In this document: one piece after another, positions 51,235 to 62,533 of the stretch
How positions within the stretch are numbered: position 1 is the stretch's first letter
Layout: every line of letters begins with the position of its first letter
Origin: Mustelus asterias
Lineage: Eukaryota
NCBI RefSeq assembly: GCF_964213995.1
Contig: NC_135815.1
Span: forward strand, 33,356,001 to 33,420,000
Length of the DNA stretch: 64,000 nucleotides
Direction: 5' to 3'
Program-made: the position numbers and the translations under genes
Notes under the pieces: generated by a model
Told to the model about the DNA's origin: nothing
Seen by the model: only the letters and a program-made list of their open reading frames with translations
Database searches by the model: none

Positions 51235-52270
51235 TAGAAAAAACTTATTTTGCCTAATATGTTTGTTGTTTATGGGGTCTCAGCGGAAATTGTGTCTAAA
51301 ACGGATCTTAATTTCGTTCAGAAAAATTTGTAAAATTGATGAGAGTAAACGGTGAACACAGTCTTACACCCTGATTCAAATGGAGCAGCAAGGTGCACAT
51401 AACCAATATTGAAACATGCACTTGTTGAGAAAATGCTGGACTAAAAAAATGGACTTGTCATCAGTTGCCATGGATCTCAAACTGGGAATTTATTTTGTTT
51501 ATTGTAACATACTTCGCACTGCAACTGGCAGAACACCAGCTGAATTGTTCCTTAGAAGACAGTCTAGAACAAGGTTGTCATTGTTGAAGCCACATTTAGC
51601 ACAGCCAGTAGAAGAGAAACAAGACAGAAAGAGAGTCTTGATAGAGGTAGAGTATGAGAAAGAAGTCTGAAGTTGAACCAGAAGGTTAAGGTGAAAGATC
51701 ATCATCATAAGTGGTTGAAATGGCCAACAGTGAGAGTCATGAAAAATGTGGTCCTCCCACATATTTGCTCAAGATGTTCAGTAGTGTATGTATAGATCCT
51801 GTTTTGCCGTCAGAGGTTAAGGAAGAAGGAGGATGTTGGGAAGAATCTCAAACTAGTCTGAAAAATTGGATAGTTGGGAACTCTAACACACGTTGTGCCT
51901 GATTTGAGTCAGACTGACATGTCTGATTTAAGTGGAAATTTCAGATCAATGTCAAAATCCCTCTTTGTTGGGGAAATCCTCTACTCAGGCTCTGGTCCTC
52001 ATGGCCAAAGACCTTCCCCAAGTTCTGAGAGTTTGGGTCAAGAAATGAAGTACCTTCTCAGTAATAGGAAATGAGTGGTTAGTTTTGATTTGTAAATAAA
52101 TGGGGAAAAAATGTATTTTAGTTGTTTGAATTTTGGACTTTGCACAAGTTTTTCATTAAGGGTGGAGGAGTGTAATAACACCCTCTTGTGGCTATTTGTG
52201 TATACAAACAAACCAGAATAGACCAGTTTAGCTGCGTATGTGAACTCCCATGTGTGTTCTCCAGCGTTTT
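51235..52270 (+). mobile_element. Gypsy retrotransposon remnant (integrase, PPT, start of 3' LTR)
   Basis: YGVSAEIVS, YTPDSNGAA-like and TGRTPAELFLRRQSRTRLSLLKP integrase motifs; purine tract AAGGGTGGAGGAG (52158-52170) then TGTAATA. Confidence 0.75.
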
Positions 52271-53013
52271 TGCTCTGCAAAAATAATCTCAGATCCATAC
52301 CCAGAACGCAAATGTGTCTCTTCTCGTTGCAGATGTGAATTGACCAGTATGTTTCATGCATTTTCTGTATCTGCATCCCCCTGGATGCTGTTACAATAAG
52401 GGAATGTTGTCGGAGTAATTGAGAAGGAAACTAAATTAGGAGCAAACCCATTGAAATAGTGTTCTTGTCTTGATAAGTTAACGTAAAGGCATAGATTCTG
52501 TGACAAAGCTATGGTGCTCACCACTGACTTCAATGAAAATTGTCCACAAAGCTCTAGTGATCTCTGGGGCATCAATGTCTGCTGTCGCAATGTCCATTTG
52601 AATCTTGCACAAAGTTCAGAAGATCTTGAGACATTTGGCAACAGTTATATCATCAAGTTGACAGTGACATTGAACTATTCTCTCCAATAGATCTCCAGTG
52701 TCGTTGGAAATCAGTTCAATGGAAAGAGGCATAAAGGTGGGGGGAATTGAGTTGGAAATTCTCAAAGGAAGTGAGCATTGAAAGCAGGGCTGGGAACAAC
52801 AAGACAATGGAGTGATAGTGGAAGAGTTTTTACAAGTGGGATTTGTAATCTTTTTAAAAAAAAGACACAACAAAATACATTGAACTGAGTGGTCAATCAA
52901 AACATGATGGGGTGTTCAGAGATAGGGGCAGGTATTCTCAAAATTAAAGTATGGCACAATGGTATGGAATAAGGTTCTTGCAGCGTACGTGCTTTGGACC
53001 TACTCTGGTTTGA

Positions 53014-53173
53014 CCAAAGATGTGCGGTTTAGGTGGATTGGCCATGCTAAATTGCCCCTTAGCGTCAGGGGGACTAGATAGGGTAAATGCATGGGGTTAT
53101 GGGGATAGGGTGGGATTGTGGTCAGTGCAGATTCGATGGGCCAAATGGCCTCTTCCTGCACTGTAGGATTCTA
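53014..53173 (+). mobile_element. HE1-like V-SINE, 5'-truncated, CR1-type tail
   Basis: CCAAAGATGTGCGG ... GGATTCTAT. Confidence 0.85.
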
Positions 53174-53219
53174 TTTTTTTTTAAATGACCTGATTAGGCT
53201 TCTTCGATTTTTGGTCTAA

Positions 53220-53900
53220 CAAAAACAACTTGTATTTATATTAAGTCTTGAACAGAATAAAATGCCTGCGTGGTTGCAGGAACATTTTGGTGTAAAATAT
53301 GGGGCATCAAGATGTGGGAGACGATGTTGGGGCAAGAGGGTAATTTTGGTCAATTTTAATTTTCTTGCAGAATGAGGGAGAGGTGGGAAGGTTTAGGGAG
53401 ACGATTCCAGAGCTTGGAACCTAGGCAACTGAAGGTCAGTTACCTCAGGAACCGCATATGCCCCCCTTTCTTACAAGACCATCCAACAAGCTTCTGCTTT
53501 TCCTAAACCATACACCACACCCTGCCATTCGACTGTTAATAACCATTCATAACCAACCAACCACCCTACAATTCCAGTTAATTGCTTTTTCCTCCCTGTT
53601 ACAGGCCACAAGGCCAAAATTAGAGGAGCACCAACACCTTGGAAGATTGTGGGCTGGAGGAGATTTCGGAGATGGGGAAGCCATGGAGGGATTTGAAAAC
53701 AAGACAGAGAATTGTAAAATTGAGGTGTTGCTTAACCGAGAATCATTGAACGTCACTGAGCACAGGGATTATATGTGAACGGGACTTGGCCCGAGTTAAG
53801 ACATGTACAGCAGAGTTATAGATGATCTCAAATTTGCAGATGGGAGGCCATCCAAGAGTCTATTGGAAGAGTCAATCTCGTGTTGACAAAGACCGTTATG
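53220..53900 (-). mobile_element. L2-like LINE 3' remnant interrupted by a ~165-bp insert
   Basis: AACAACTTGTATTTATAT tail; GGTTTAGGGAG..ATTCCAGAGCTT..CCTAGGCAACTGAAGG and GAGGGATTTGAAAACAAG segments typical of the L2 3' region. Confidence 0.55.
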
Positions 53901-54914
53901 GACTGAAATTGGAACTCTGGCCTGGTTACAGCTCATGTTTAAATCGATCAGTTGTGACTTCCTGAAAGTCAGTATGATGAAAATAAAGTGATGATTGTCT
54001 CGGGTGTAATGTTTAATTGCCAGCTAAGGGAGCTGACTTTTGATAACGAAGTGCAATACTGACATCTATTGATAGAAGGCCATTTATAGTGTAACGAGCA
54101 AATGTGGATGCAGTCTTTGGAAATATTCTGCCTCGGATTTTTAACATGTTAATATAAAATTGTTACTCAAACAATTGTCACAGTGTAGGTAATGTATGCA
54201 TTACCTAACTATACACAGGGCCACAAGCAAAAAAGGTTGATATGGATTTTGTAAGTTCTGTACAGAACCAATATTTTTATTCATAGAATCGTAGAATCCT
54301 ATAGTGCAGAAGGAGGCCATTTGGCCCATCGAGTCTGCACCAACCACTATCCCACCAAGGCCCTTTCCCATAGCCCCATGTATTTACTCTAGCTAGTGCC
54401 CCTGACACTAAGGGGCAATTTATCATGGCCAATCCACCTAACCTGCACATCTTTGGACTGTGGGAAGAAACCGGAGCACCCGGAGGAAACCCACGCAGAC
54501 ACGGGGAGAACATGCAGACTCCACACAGACAGTGACCCAAGCCGGGAATCGAACCCGGGTCTCTGGCGCTGAGAGGCAGCAGTGCTAGCCACTGTGTTGC
54601 CCCACTGTGCCGCTTTATTGTGTGAAGTATTTTGTATGTGGACAGATACATGTCTCTTTTGCTTTCTGCTGGTTGGAATGCAAGTGTGAAGTTCAATATA
54701 CTATATGTGGGCAGGAGAACACCAGGGAATTTGGGTTTTGTGATGTTGGGACATGTAACAGGGAGGAAAAAGCACATAACTGGAATTGTGGGGTGGTTGC
54801 TTACGAGTGGTTAGTAAAAGGCGAATGACAGGGAGTGGTATGTGGTTTAGGAAAAGCAGGAGCTTATTGGATGGTCTCCAAAGAAAGGGGAACATATGCA
54901 GCTCCTGTGGTAGC
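53439..54914. repeat. ~160-bp inverted duplication (arms 53439-53603 and 54754-54914)
   Basis: Arms align as reverse complements (shared CTGCTTTTCCTAAACCA, CAATTCCAGTTA, GCTTTTTCCTCCCTGTTACA), roughly 80% identical by eye. Confidence 0.85.
54281..54613 (-). mobile_element. HE1-like V-SINE, full length, CR1-type tail
   Basis: Complete head, central domain and (ATTCTATG)n-type tail on the minus strand. Confidence 0.92.
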
Positions 54915-55203
54915 AGTGATTTAAAAATAAAGTGTTAAATTAAGTTTTTAAAATGTAGGGTTATGCACTGGGAGGCGTTTCTTGGGGTTTGGGATTATTG
55001 AGGTTTTGGAATGCGTGAACCTAATAACACCAGTAAGTGAGACGATGAAGAACAAAGTTAGGAAGCAGAACTTTTTTTAAAAATCACCAACTTAAAAATA
55101 GAAAATCAGAAACGCAGTATGAGAATAATGAAGATAAGAGTCAGCCACTAGAGTCTTTAGAAATCCTAATAGGAACTACAATTTAAATTGAATATTGTGG
55201 TCA

Positions 55204-55625
55204 TTTTTTTTCCCAAAATATTTTATTCACAAATCTTTTAAAGGTGCAGTACTTGGTTCAGATTTGATACAATATAAAGTGCAATGTAGTTGAATTTTTC
55301 AGGATAGTATCTCTCACTCTGAGTTGCGTCATTACACTAACAATTGTCGGTTGTATTTATACATTGACATTTCATGTCAAACGTTCTCTGGTGCATAGAA
55401 TGAGTTCCAGCACCTTTGATGTACAATGGCTGGCGGGCCTTGGACATTGGCCTTTCCACATTGAGTCTTTGCAACTCCTGCCCCAAGCCTCAGTGCAGCA
55501 CTCAGAACTTAGTCACGGGCCTTCGAGTGTACCAGTCCACAGCAGTTGGTCATGGGCACTGTAAAACCAACAAGTTTTGGGCAGACCACGAAGTGTCTTT
55601 CACCAACTTGGTGATCCTCCAGCAA
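55204..55625 (-). mobile_element. Tx1/L1-clade LINE 3' end
   Basis: Minus strand CWRITKLVKDTSWSAQNLLV...LVHSKARD*VLSAALRLGAG resembles the Tx1 ORF2 C-terminus; ends with AATAAA and an A run. Confidence 0.65.
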
Positions 55626-55685
55626 GAATGTCAGTACGTGCAACTGGCCCATAGCTCAAGAAGATTTTGCCTAATTCTCCTCATT

Positions 55686-56900
55686 AGAACTAGGAGCAGG
55701 GGTAGACAATTTAGCCCTTCCAGCCCATATCCTGATCATTTAATATAATCATGGCTGGTCTCATCTTGGTCTCAGCATCACTTACCTGCTCGTTCACCAA
55801 GCTCTTAAAAATTAAAAATTCTTCCATCTCTTCCTTAAATTTATTCGAAGTCCCTGCATCCACCGCACTCTGGGGAAGTGAATTCCACAGACTCGCAATC
55901 ATTTGGGAGAAGTAATTTCTCCTCTTCTGTTTTAAATCTGCCATCTCTTATCCTAAAACTCTGATCTCTTTTTCTAGATTTCTGTACAAGAGGAAACATC
56001 CTCTCCACGTCTACTGTCCATCACCCACACCTCAATTCGATCTCCCTTCATTCTTCTAAACACCAGTGAGAATAGGCCTAAACAGCCCAATCTCTCTCCG
56101 TAAGACAAACCCGTCATCTCTGGAATCAATCCAATGAACCTCCTTTGAACTGCCTGCAATGCAGCTGCATCCCTCCATAAATAAGGGGACCAAAACTGTG
56201 CACTATATTCTAAGTGTGGTCTGACTAATGCTTCATACAGTAGCAGCATCACTTCACTACCTTTATATTCTCTTCCTTTAGCAATAAATGCCAAAATTCA
56301 GTTTGCTGCATTTACTTAACCTATCCAAATCTATATCCATTTGTAAATTTCTTATTTCATTATCACAACTTAGTATTCCACCTGTTTTCATGTCATATGC
56401 AAATTTGGCTATGGTACCTACTATCCTTTCATTCAAGACATTTATATAGATTATAAACTCTTGGGGCCGGAGGACCGAACGCTGTGGCTCCCATTGGTTA
56501 GATTATGCCAACCCGAGAGAGACCAATGATCCCGACTCTGCTTTCTGTTGATGAGCCAATCCTCTATCGAAGCTAATAAATTACCTCTAATCCCATGTGA
56601 ACTAACCTTGTGTGTGAGCCTTGTGTGTGAGCCTTGTGTGTGAGCCTTGTGTGTGAGCCTTGTGTGTGAGCCTTGTGTGTGACACATTATCAAATGCCTT
56701 CTGGCCGCCCAGATATGCTACATTTACAAGATCGACAATGTCCACCTTGCTTGTTACATCTTCGAAGAACTCAAGCAAATTTGTCGAACATGGTTTACCC
56801 TTCATAAAACCACACCGACTCTGATGGATTGCATTTTGACTTCCTAAATGGCCTGTTATTACTTCCTTTATCATGCATTTTAACAATTTCCCAACAAATG
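55686..56900 (-). mobile_element. CR1 LINE RT region and 3' end
   Basis: GFMKGKPCSTNLLEFFE, QKAFD, LYEALVRPHLEYSAQFWSP, WNSLPQ. Confidence 0.9.
56606..56682. repeat. 13-bp tandem repeat (CCTTGTGTGTGAG) x~6
   Basis: Five perfect units plus 12/13 of a sixth. Confidence 0.95.
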
Positions 56901-57740
56901 TCATCGTCCTCCTCTCCACCCCACCACCCCCCTCAGATCACTTCACAATCACTCTATCTTCCCTTTTTTCCTTCCCAATCCTCTGACGCTGAATTTTCTG
57001 ATCCCTCGTCTGTCACCTCTTCATTCTTCCTGAACTTGACTACGTTTGTGATGTTGGATGGGGACAGCTCGAGGGCTGGAATGTCAAGCAAGGTGGAGGG
57101 TAGGGAAACAGAAAACTTTTTGGAGGAGCAAACCAGGTCAGCTCTGAAAAAATAACCAAGAGTATGTGTAGTTGCTTGCAAATTTGAGATTCCAGATCAG
57201 TAATTGAATTTCTTCCTCCCTGGTAATCGTTTTGGGTATGTACATAATGAAGTATAATGCCTGGAACCTGTCGATAGAGTTCAGCTGTTGTTGAAGGCCA
57301 GAGTTTGAAGGTGAATCTTCTGTTTTGGAGCCTCACACACTGACTGCTATTAGGATTCAAGATTTGTGGGAGTGCACCGTATTCAAATCATAGAACTAAT
57401 TACGTGTAATTAACAATGCCATTACTCAACATTAGGGACACTTATAATTTGTGGAGTTTTACAGCATTTCATATCAGTAGATGATCATTTTAAAAACTAC
57501 AACACAAGATATAACAGCAGTCAGTACTTTTTAAATTGGATAACTGTGACTTGAGGGCTTTTAATCAGGGGTGCAGTGATTGAAAGAATATTATGCTATA
57601 ATTTATACGGACAGTGAACAAATATTCTTAGTGGAGCCGTCACGCTGATAAGTAACTTTTCTCTTCACATTCTGAAACCTTATGACAACATGAAGAAGCA
57701 ATGGTGTGTTGACTTAAATTTTCTTCAAATTAGTTTGCAG

Positions 57741-57853
57741 ATATTTAGCCGTTAGTGTGAAACTGCTGCAAAGCTATTTATGAAGAATGTATGTGAATGT
57801 GGGAATGAAACAGAAGACGGATAAAGAAATTTCCAAACAGTGAAGGCACCCAG
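57741..57853 (+). other. Candidate non-coding 5' UTR exon of TRERF1 (113 nt)
   Basis: Acceptor TTTTCTTCAAATTAGTTTGCAG, donor CAG|GTGAGA, apparently unique DNA 3 kb upstream of the first coding exon. Confidence 0.5.
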
Positions 57854-59911
57854 GTGAGAGACCAGTGCTTGTGCAAATCACCATTTCTCTCTCCAGCACC
57901 CTGACAGGAGAGCTGTCTGTACATTATACTGTGTTCATATGAACATTCAGATTAATTTGACCAGTGACATGGATTTATTTCTGTTTTTTTATTAGTAGTT
58001 CTGAACGCAAAGAGTTCATAAGATTGACAAACCCTATCCTATTTTTATTTTCAGTTTGTCTTTTTAAGTTCACCAGTTTATCAACAATCTTCCTGTGACT
58101 GAGCAAGTTTGTTTTGTGATTGCTGTAATATTGTGTATATGTGGGGGGAGAAAAAACTTGTTCAGTGCTTGTTTCTTTCAAGATAAAACTGTAATGGTAA
58201 TTTAAATGATTGTTGGAAAGGAGTTCTCCTTGGTTGGTACGTGTGTGGGTACACTTGTGTGCAGGCGCTCACTAAATGTGAGTTCATAGAGTCACGCCAA
58301 ATGATGGGCATAAACTGAAGTTCATTGTGATTTAGATGAACTGAACAACTAAAGTACAAATCTGTGGATAAAATGCTGTTAAATATTACTGATGGAATTT
58401 ATGCTGAAGGAAATGGGGAAGTTTGTGATTTTTTTCTTAGAGGTGGCATTATTATCCATTTAATGTTTTTTTTCTGGGCGCATTATCCACATATGGATGG
58501 AAATGAGTTGTACAGAAAAAAAATCTGTTCAAAGGAGACACTCTAGTATGGTGTAAAGCTAAACTTAATGCATATTTTTGCTTCCTGCTATTTTTAAAAT
58601 TTTAACTACTGTACATATTCTAAAATGCTGCAATTGATAATTTAAATGATTTGCATATTTATTGTCTGCGCACCTTCGCTTGCAACTGAGATGACACTTG
58701 TTCGTTTTGTGGAGCTGGAATGTGTGTGACTTAATGGCAGACGAGGAAAGTAAATGTTCTCTTTGAATTATATTGCAGGCAATGATAGCCAGCAGCGGCC
58801 TCACAGTGTTAAAGGACACCCATCTTGTTTTCATCTTCCTTGCCAGCAGAGTGGGGCATGCAGGGCACTCCAGTTATAGTAAGTAATTTGCATGGTAACA
58901 TTGAATGATGCATTTTATAAGATTTCTTTGTACTCGTGAGAATGATGCACTCTCTAATGCTTGGCGGAAAACCTGAGTAAGAAGGAAAGCATTGTATTTT
59001 ACATAATTTTTCTTCCCTTCCTGCTGCACTGTTTTCATTTGAACAAACACGATGTTTATTAGTTTTTAGTTATACAAATGTATTTTTTGTATCTTTAAAT
59101 ATATTGAGGAAATTGAAATGTAACCATGTGATTCACCATTTAAATTTCATTAAAACAAGGAAACAAGCAAGTTGAGTTTGCTATTAATATATTTTGTTGT
59201 GGGAATGCTGCACAATGATCAATTTTTTCAGAGGCGTATGGCTAATGGAACTCTCCATAGCAGGCAATACTAGCAAACACTGAGGAAGGAAATGTTTCAA
59301 CTATGCCAGCACAATAGATTGTAGAGATATTCTGATGTTCTTAATGGGCTGTTTCTCATTGTTAGATGTGTGGCTTATGTAAATCAACCTAGATAAGGGA
59401 AATATCTAGCAGTTGTTTGTACCCCCAGGATGTACAATATCAGTGAGATTACTTTTTATAAATTCAACTTTTGGCTCTTTTTTTGAACGATAAACCTGTA
59501 ATAAGGTTTTACTTAACGGTTATAAAAAAAAAGAAGGTAACTGGCCCAAAACCTTGGTCTGTATTTCAGTGGTGTCACAACCCTGCTTCTTGACTCTGCC
59601 TTTCAGTTACAATATTGTAGTTCAGCAATAGGGAGCCAAAATCGGTGACCTTTGCCCAGATTTCATGGCCCAACGGCAAATGCAAGGTGCTAGCTGTTTG
59701 TACACTTGGTCACAGACTTTCTATGGGCTTTTGCACCGTAAGTTACAGTTAACCAAAAGTAGAAAGAATATGGCGTCCTCCATGAGGGGTCCTGGGACCT
59801 GTGCTAAAAGGTAACTTCTCAATCAGTCAGATTGAACTGTTCTTTCTGTCCGAACCAGGAACTAGAAATTGGAGTAGGTGTTTCAATGTCAAATTACAGA
59901 AAGCAAGTGAA

Positions 59912-60074
59912 AGTAAAGTTTATTTATTAGTCACAGGTAGGCTTACATTCACACTGTAATGCAGTTACTGTGAAAATCTCCTAGTCGCCACACTCCAGTG
60001 CCTATTCGGGTACACTAACGGAGAATTTAGCGTGGCCAATTCACCTAACCTGCACATCTTTGGACTGTGGGAAG
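59912..60074 (-). mobile_element. V-SINE type B tail, 5'-truncated
   Basis: Reverse complement of CCCACAGTCCAAAGATGTG ... GTAAGCCTACCTGTGACTAATAAATAAAC. Confidence 0.85.
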
Positions 60075-60866
60075 AGAACCAAAGAGGGATGGGATTAAAA
60101 GAGAGTGATTGGAGACTGAAAGACAAAACTACACTTCTTAAATCCCCAACAATAATGTAACATTGGAGTAGAGATTCCACACCAGTAAGATTTAATATTT
60201 GGTTAAGGGAGGTTTTTCAGCAGATGAATGGGCAAACCTTAACGTTTTCTGCCTTTTTAGTGGGTACCTTATCATGTTTGTACTTCAAGTGTTCATTTAT
60301 TTGAATATCTAGTTGCTTGGTGAGGGATCAATGCAGTGCAGTGTTTGGGGGAGCAAGGGCACTCCAATCGTAACTTTCTAATTTCCGAGCTTAACTGCGC
60401 ATCAAGTCGAATTTACACCACAATCGTGGAGTGTTGATAGCCTGATCATTGTATCTACTCCAAACCCAGTCCATTGTTTCTGCTGGTAATAGCGAAAATG
60501 ATTTTAAATGTGTGATTATTAAAAAACTAATGAGATGTACACTGGGAGTCTACGATGGTCTCAACAACACCCAATTTTCAAAGTTTTGCCTGGCTTAAGC
60601 TGCAATGACGCCATCAGATTGGACATAGATTCTCTACTTCATTATAAAAAAAACCCTTCAAGTATACTATAAACCATTCAGTTGGTGAGGCACTGGTCTT
60701 ACACCTCTTGGACATGGGTTCAAATTTGTCAGAGTTGTGGTCTTGGTATCTGAAATATCTTAAGTTCCACTCCCCAGTGCTAACGGTCCTAACATTAATG
60801 AACAGAAAAATATTGCAACGTAAGCTCCCTGTCACTTACTGACTCTTTGTCTCATTTTCATCACAG

Positions 60867-61147
60867 GTGTATTGATGTTTTACTTCCCATGGACTGCTTA
60901 GAGACGTGCCATAAATGTTTTAATCAAGATGTGATGCAACAATCTAGATTCAATTTGACTTGAGGACAAGATCCAGAATGGTCAACTTGAAATAAAAGAA
61001 AAATTGTATTGAATCCAGTGTGGCTTAAAGAAAAATTTTCTCAGGGAACTTGAGCACTCCAAACTTATTTTTGTTATCTTTTATGCCTTGTTAGAGGCTT
61101 GGCAATCGCATTGTGGTTGAAACATTGAATTGCCTTAAGAACAAAGG
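60867..61147 (+). other. TRERF1: 5' UTR portion of the first coding exon of TRERF1
   Basis: Strong acceptor (CTGAC branch-like motif, TCTTTGTCTCATTTTCATCACAG) 281 nt upstream of the ATG. Confidence 0.65.
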
Positions 61148-62533
61148 ATGGGAGACCAACAGCTGTACAAGTCAAACCATGCTGTGAACAACACAGAAAA
61201 CCTGTACTATCCACAACAACCGCAATCCAGCCCCCTGACCAACATGAGTGGAAATATGAACCATAGCTATGGATCCACAGGCATGGACACATCTCAAACT
61301 TCTCCACCTTCCCCTCATTTTCCTCCGCATTCAAGGGAAGCTGCAGTAGCAGGAACTATGCCAATTGTTACCAAAAGCCTTATGATAGAGCCATCTAGGC
61401 CAAACAATTGGCCTCATTCCAATGCTGGCAATCATGTCCAAATGCAGAATGACCTTAGCAATCCCTCTATGATGTGGACCTCCACTGCTCAGACTGATGC
61501 TCCAGATGGGTATTCTTATGTATATTCTTCAGCAAATGACAAATTGACTAGTGATGTCTTGCACAAGTTGGACTCATTCACGCAGGTTTTTGCAAATCAG
61601 AACCTCCGAATTCAACAGGCGAACAATGTAGCATCGAGCCAGCTAAACCAGGCTGCCATGGTTGAGAATGTGCGTGACAGCACGCTCCGGCAACTCTTGT
61701 CCCAAAAACCTCCAGCTGACCAACAACAAGCTGCTGCACAGCCAGTGCCGAGATTCCAACATTCCTTAACACAGCAAATGCATTGTGCGTTCCCGCTTGC
61801 ACAATCGAAGCAACAGTTACAAGCCATCCAGCAGCAGCAACAACAGCAACAGATGTATTTTGAGTACCAACAGTTGGCCCAGCTGCCGCAGCAGCAGTCA
61901 GTGTTGCAGCACCCGCAGTCGCATGTTCAGCAGCTGCAGGCTCAACAGGTGCTGTCTCAGCAGATTCAGCAACTGCCGCAGCAACAATACTTTGTACGTC
62001 AGCAGCATCAGCCGCAACAACACACGTCAGTGCAGCAGCAATGCCCCATGCATTCAGTCCAGTTCTACCAGCCGCAGCAGATATTGTGCCAGTTGCAGCA
62101 ACCTATGCAGCAGCAGATGCAGCCGCCGCCGCCACCTTATCACCGAGACCAAAACCACAAGACCATGCAGCAGCCACACCAGTACTCCCAAGAACAATCC
62201 CGCCCTTCTCAGCACACTCAGATGGCTGCACCGTCTCAGTATTTCTACCAAGAGCCGCCGCACTATCGGCATTTGTACCAGCAAAGTCAATTGCATCAGC
62301 AGCAAGAAGAAACTATGCAACAGAAACAATTTAATGCGGAAAGCAGGATTCAGGCTTCTCTTGCCCATCATACAAGCACCCCTGCTTCAGAGGTTATGGA
62401 AGAAGTAACGAGGAAGGAACTGAGTAATATGGGTCATCCTGGGGGACTTATGGTCCCCCAAAGACATCTTATAGCGCCATCTAATATTCCTCATGCACCT
62501 GCCAAGGTATCTCAACAGCAATCTCTGTCTCAG
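61148..62533 (+). CDS. TRERF1: Transcriptional-regulating factor 1, first coding exon (462 codons, Q/P-rich N-terminus; gene continues beyond the window)
   Basis: Start MGDQQLYK.NH, motifs SPHFP, KLTS.VLHKLDSFTQVFANQNLRIQ, DS.LRQLLSQKP, YHRD and QY.YQEP match vertebrate TRERF1 as I recall it; Kozak AGGATGG; phase-0 donor CAG|GTAAAA after 62533. Confidence 0.93.

Noticed and set aside
5145-54613. tRNA genes suggested by A and B boxes
   Set aside because: The boxes belong to SINE heads and run directly into SINE body sequence; I found no complete cloverleaf.
5110-54777. Recurrent 60-166 aa ORFs such as MVSTAASQ..PGFDS and WLALLPH
   Set aside because: They are translations of V-SINE copies, not genes.
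56606-56682. CRISPR-like array
   Set aside because: Head-to-tail repeats with no spacers, in a vertebrate LINE remnant.
61785-62408. 207-aa alternative-frame ORF and antisense ORFs overlapping TRERF1
   Set aside because: Starts at GTG; the Ser/Asn-, Ala- or Leu-rich products are the expected by-product of CAG/CAA-rich coding DNA lacking stops in other frames.
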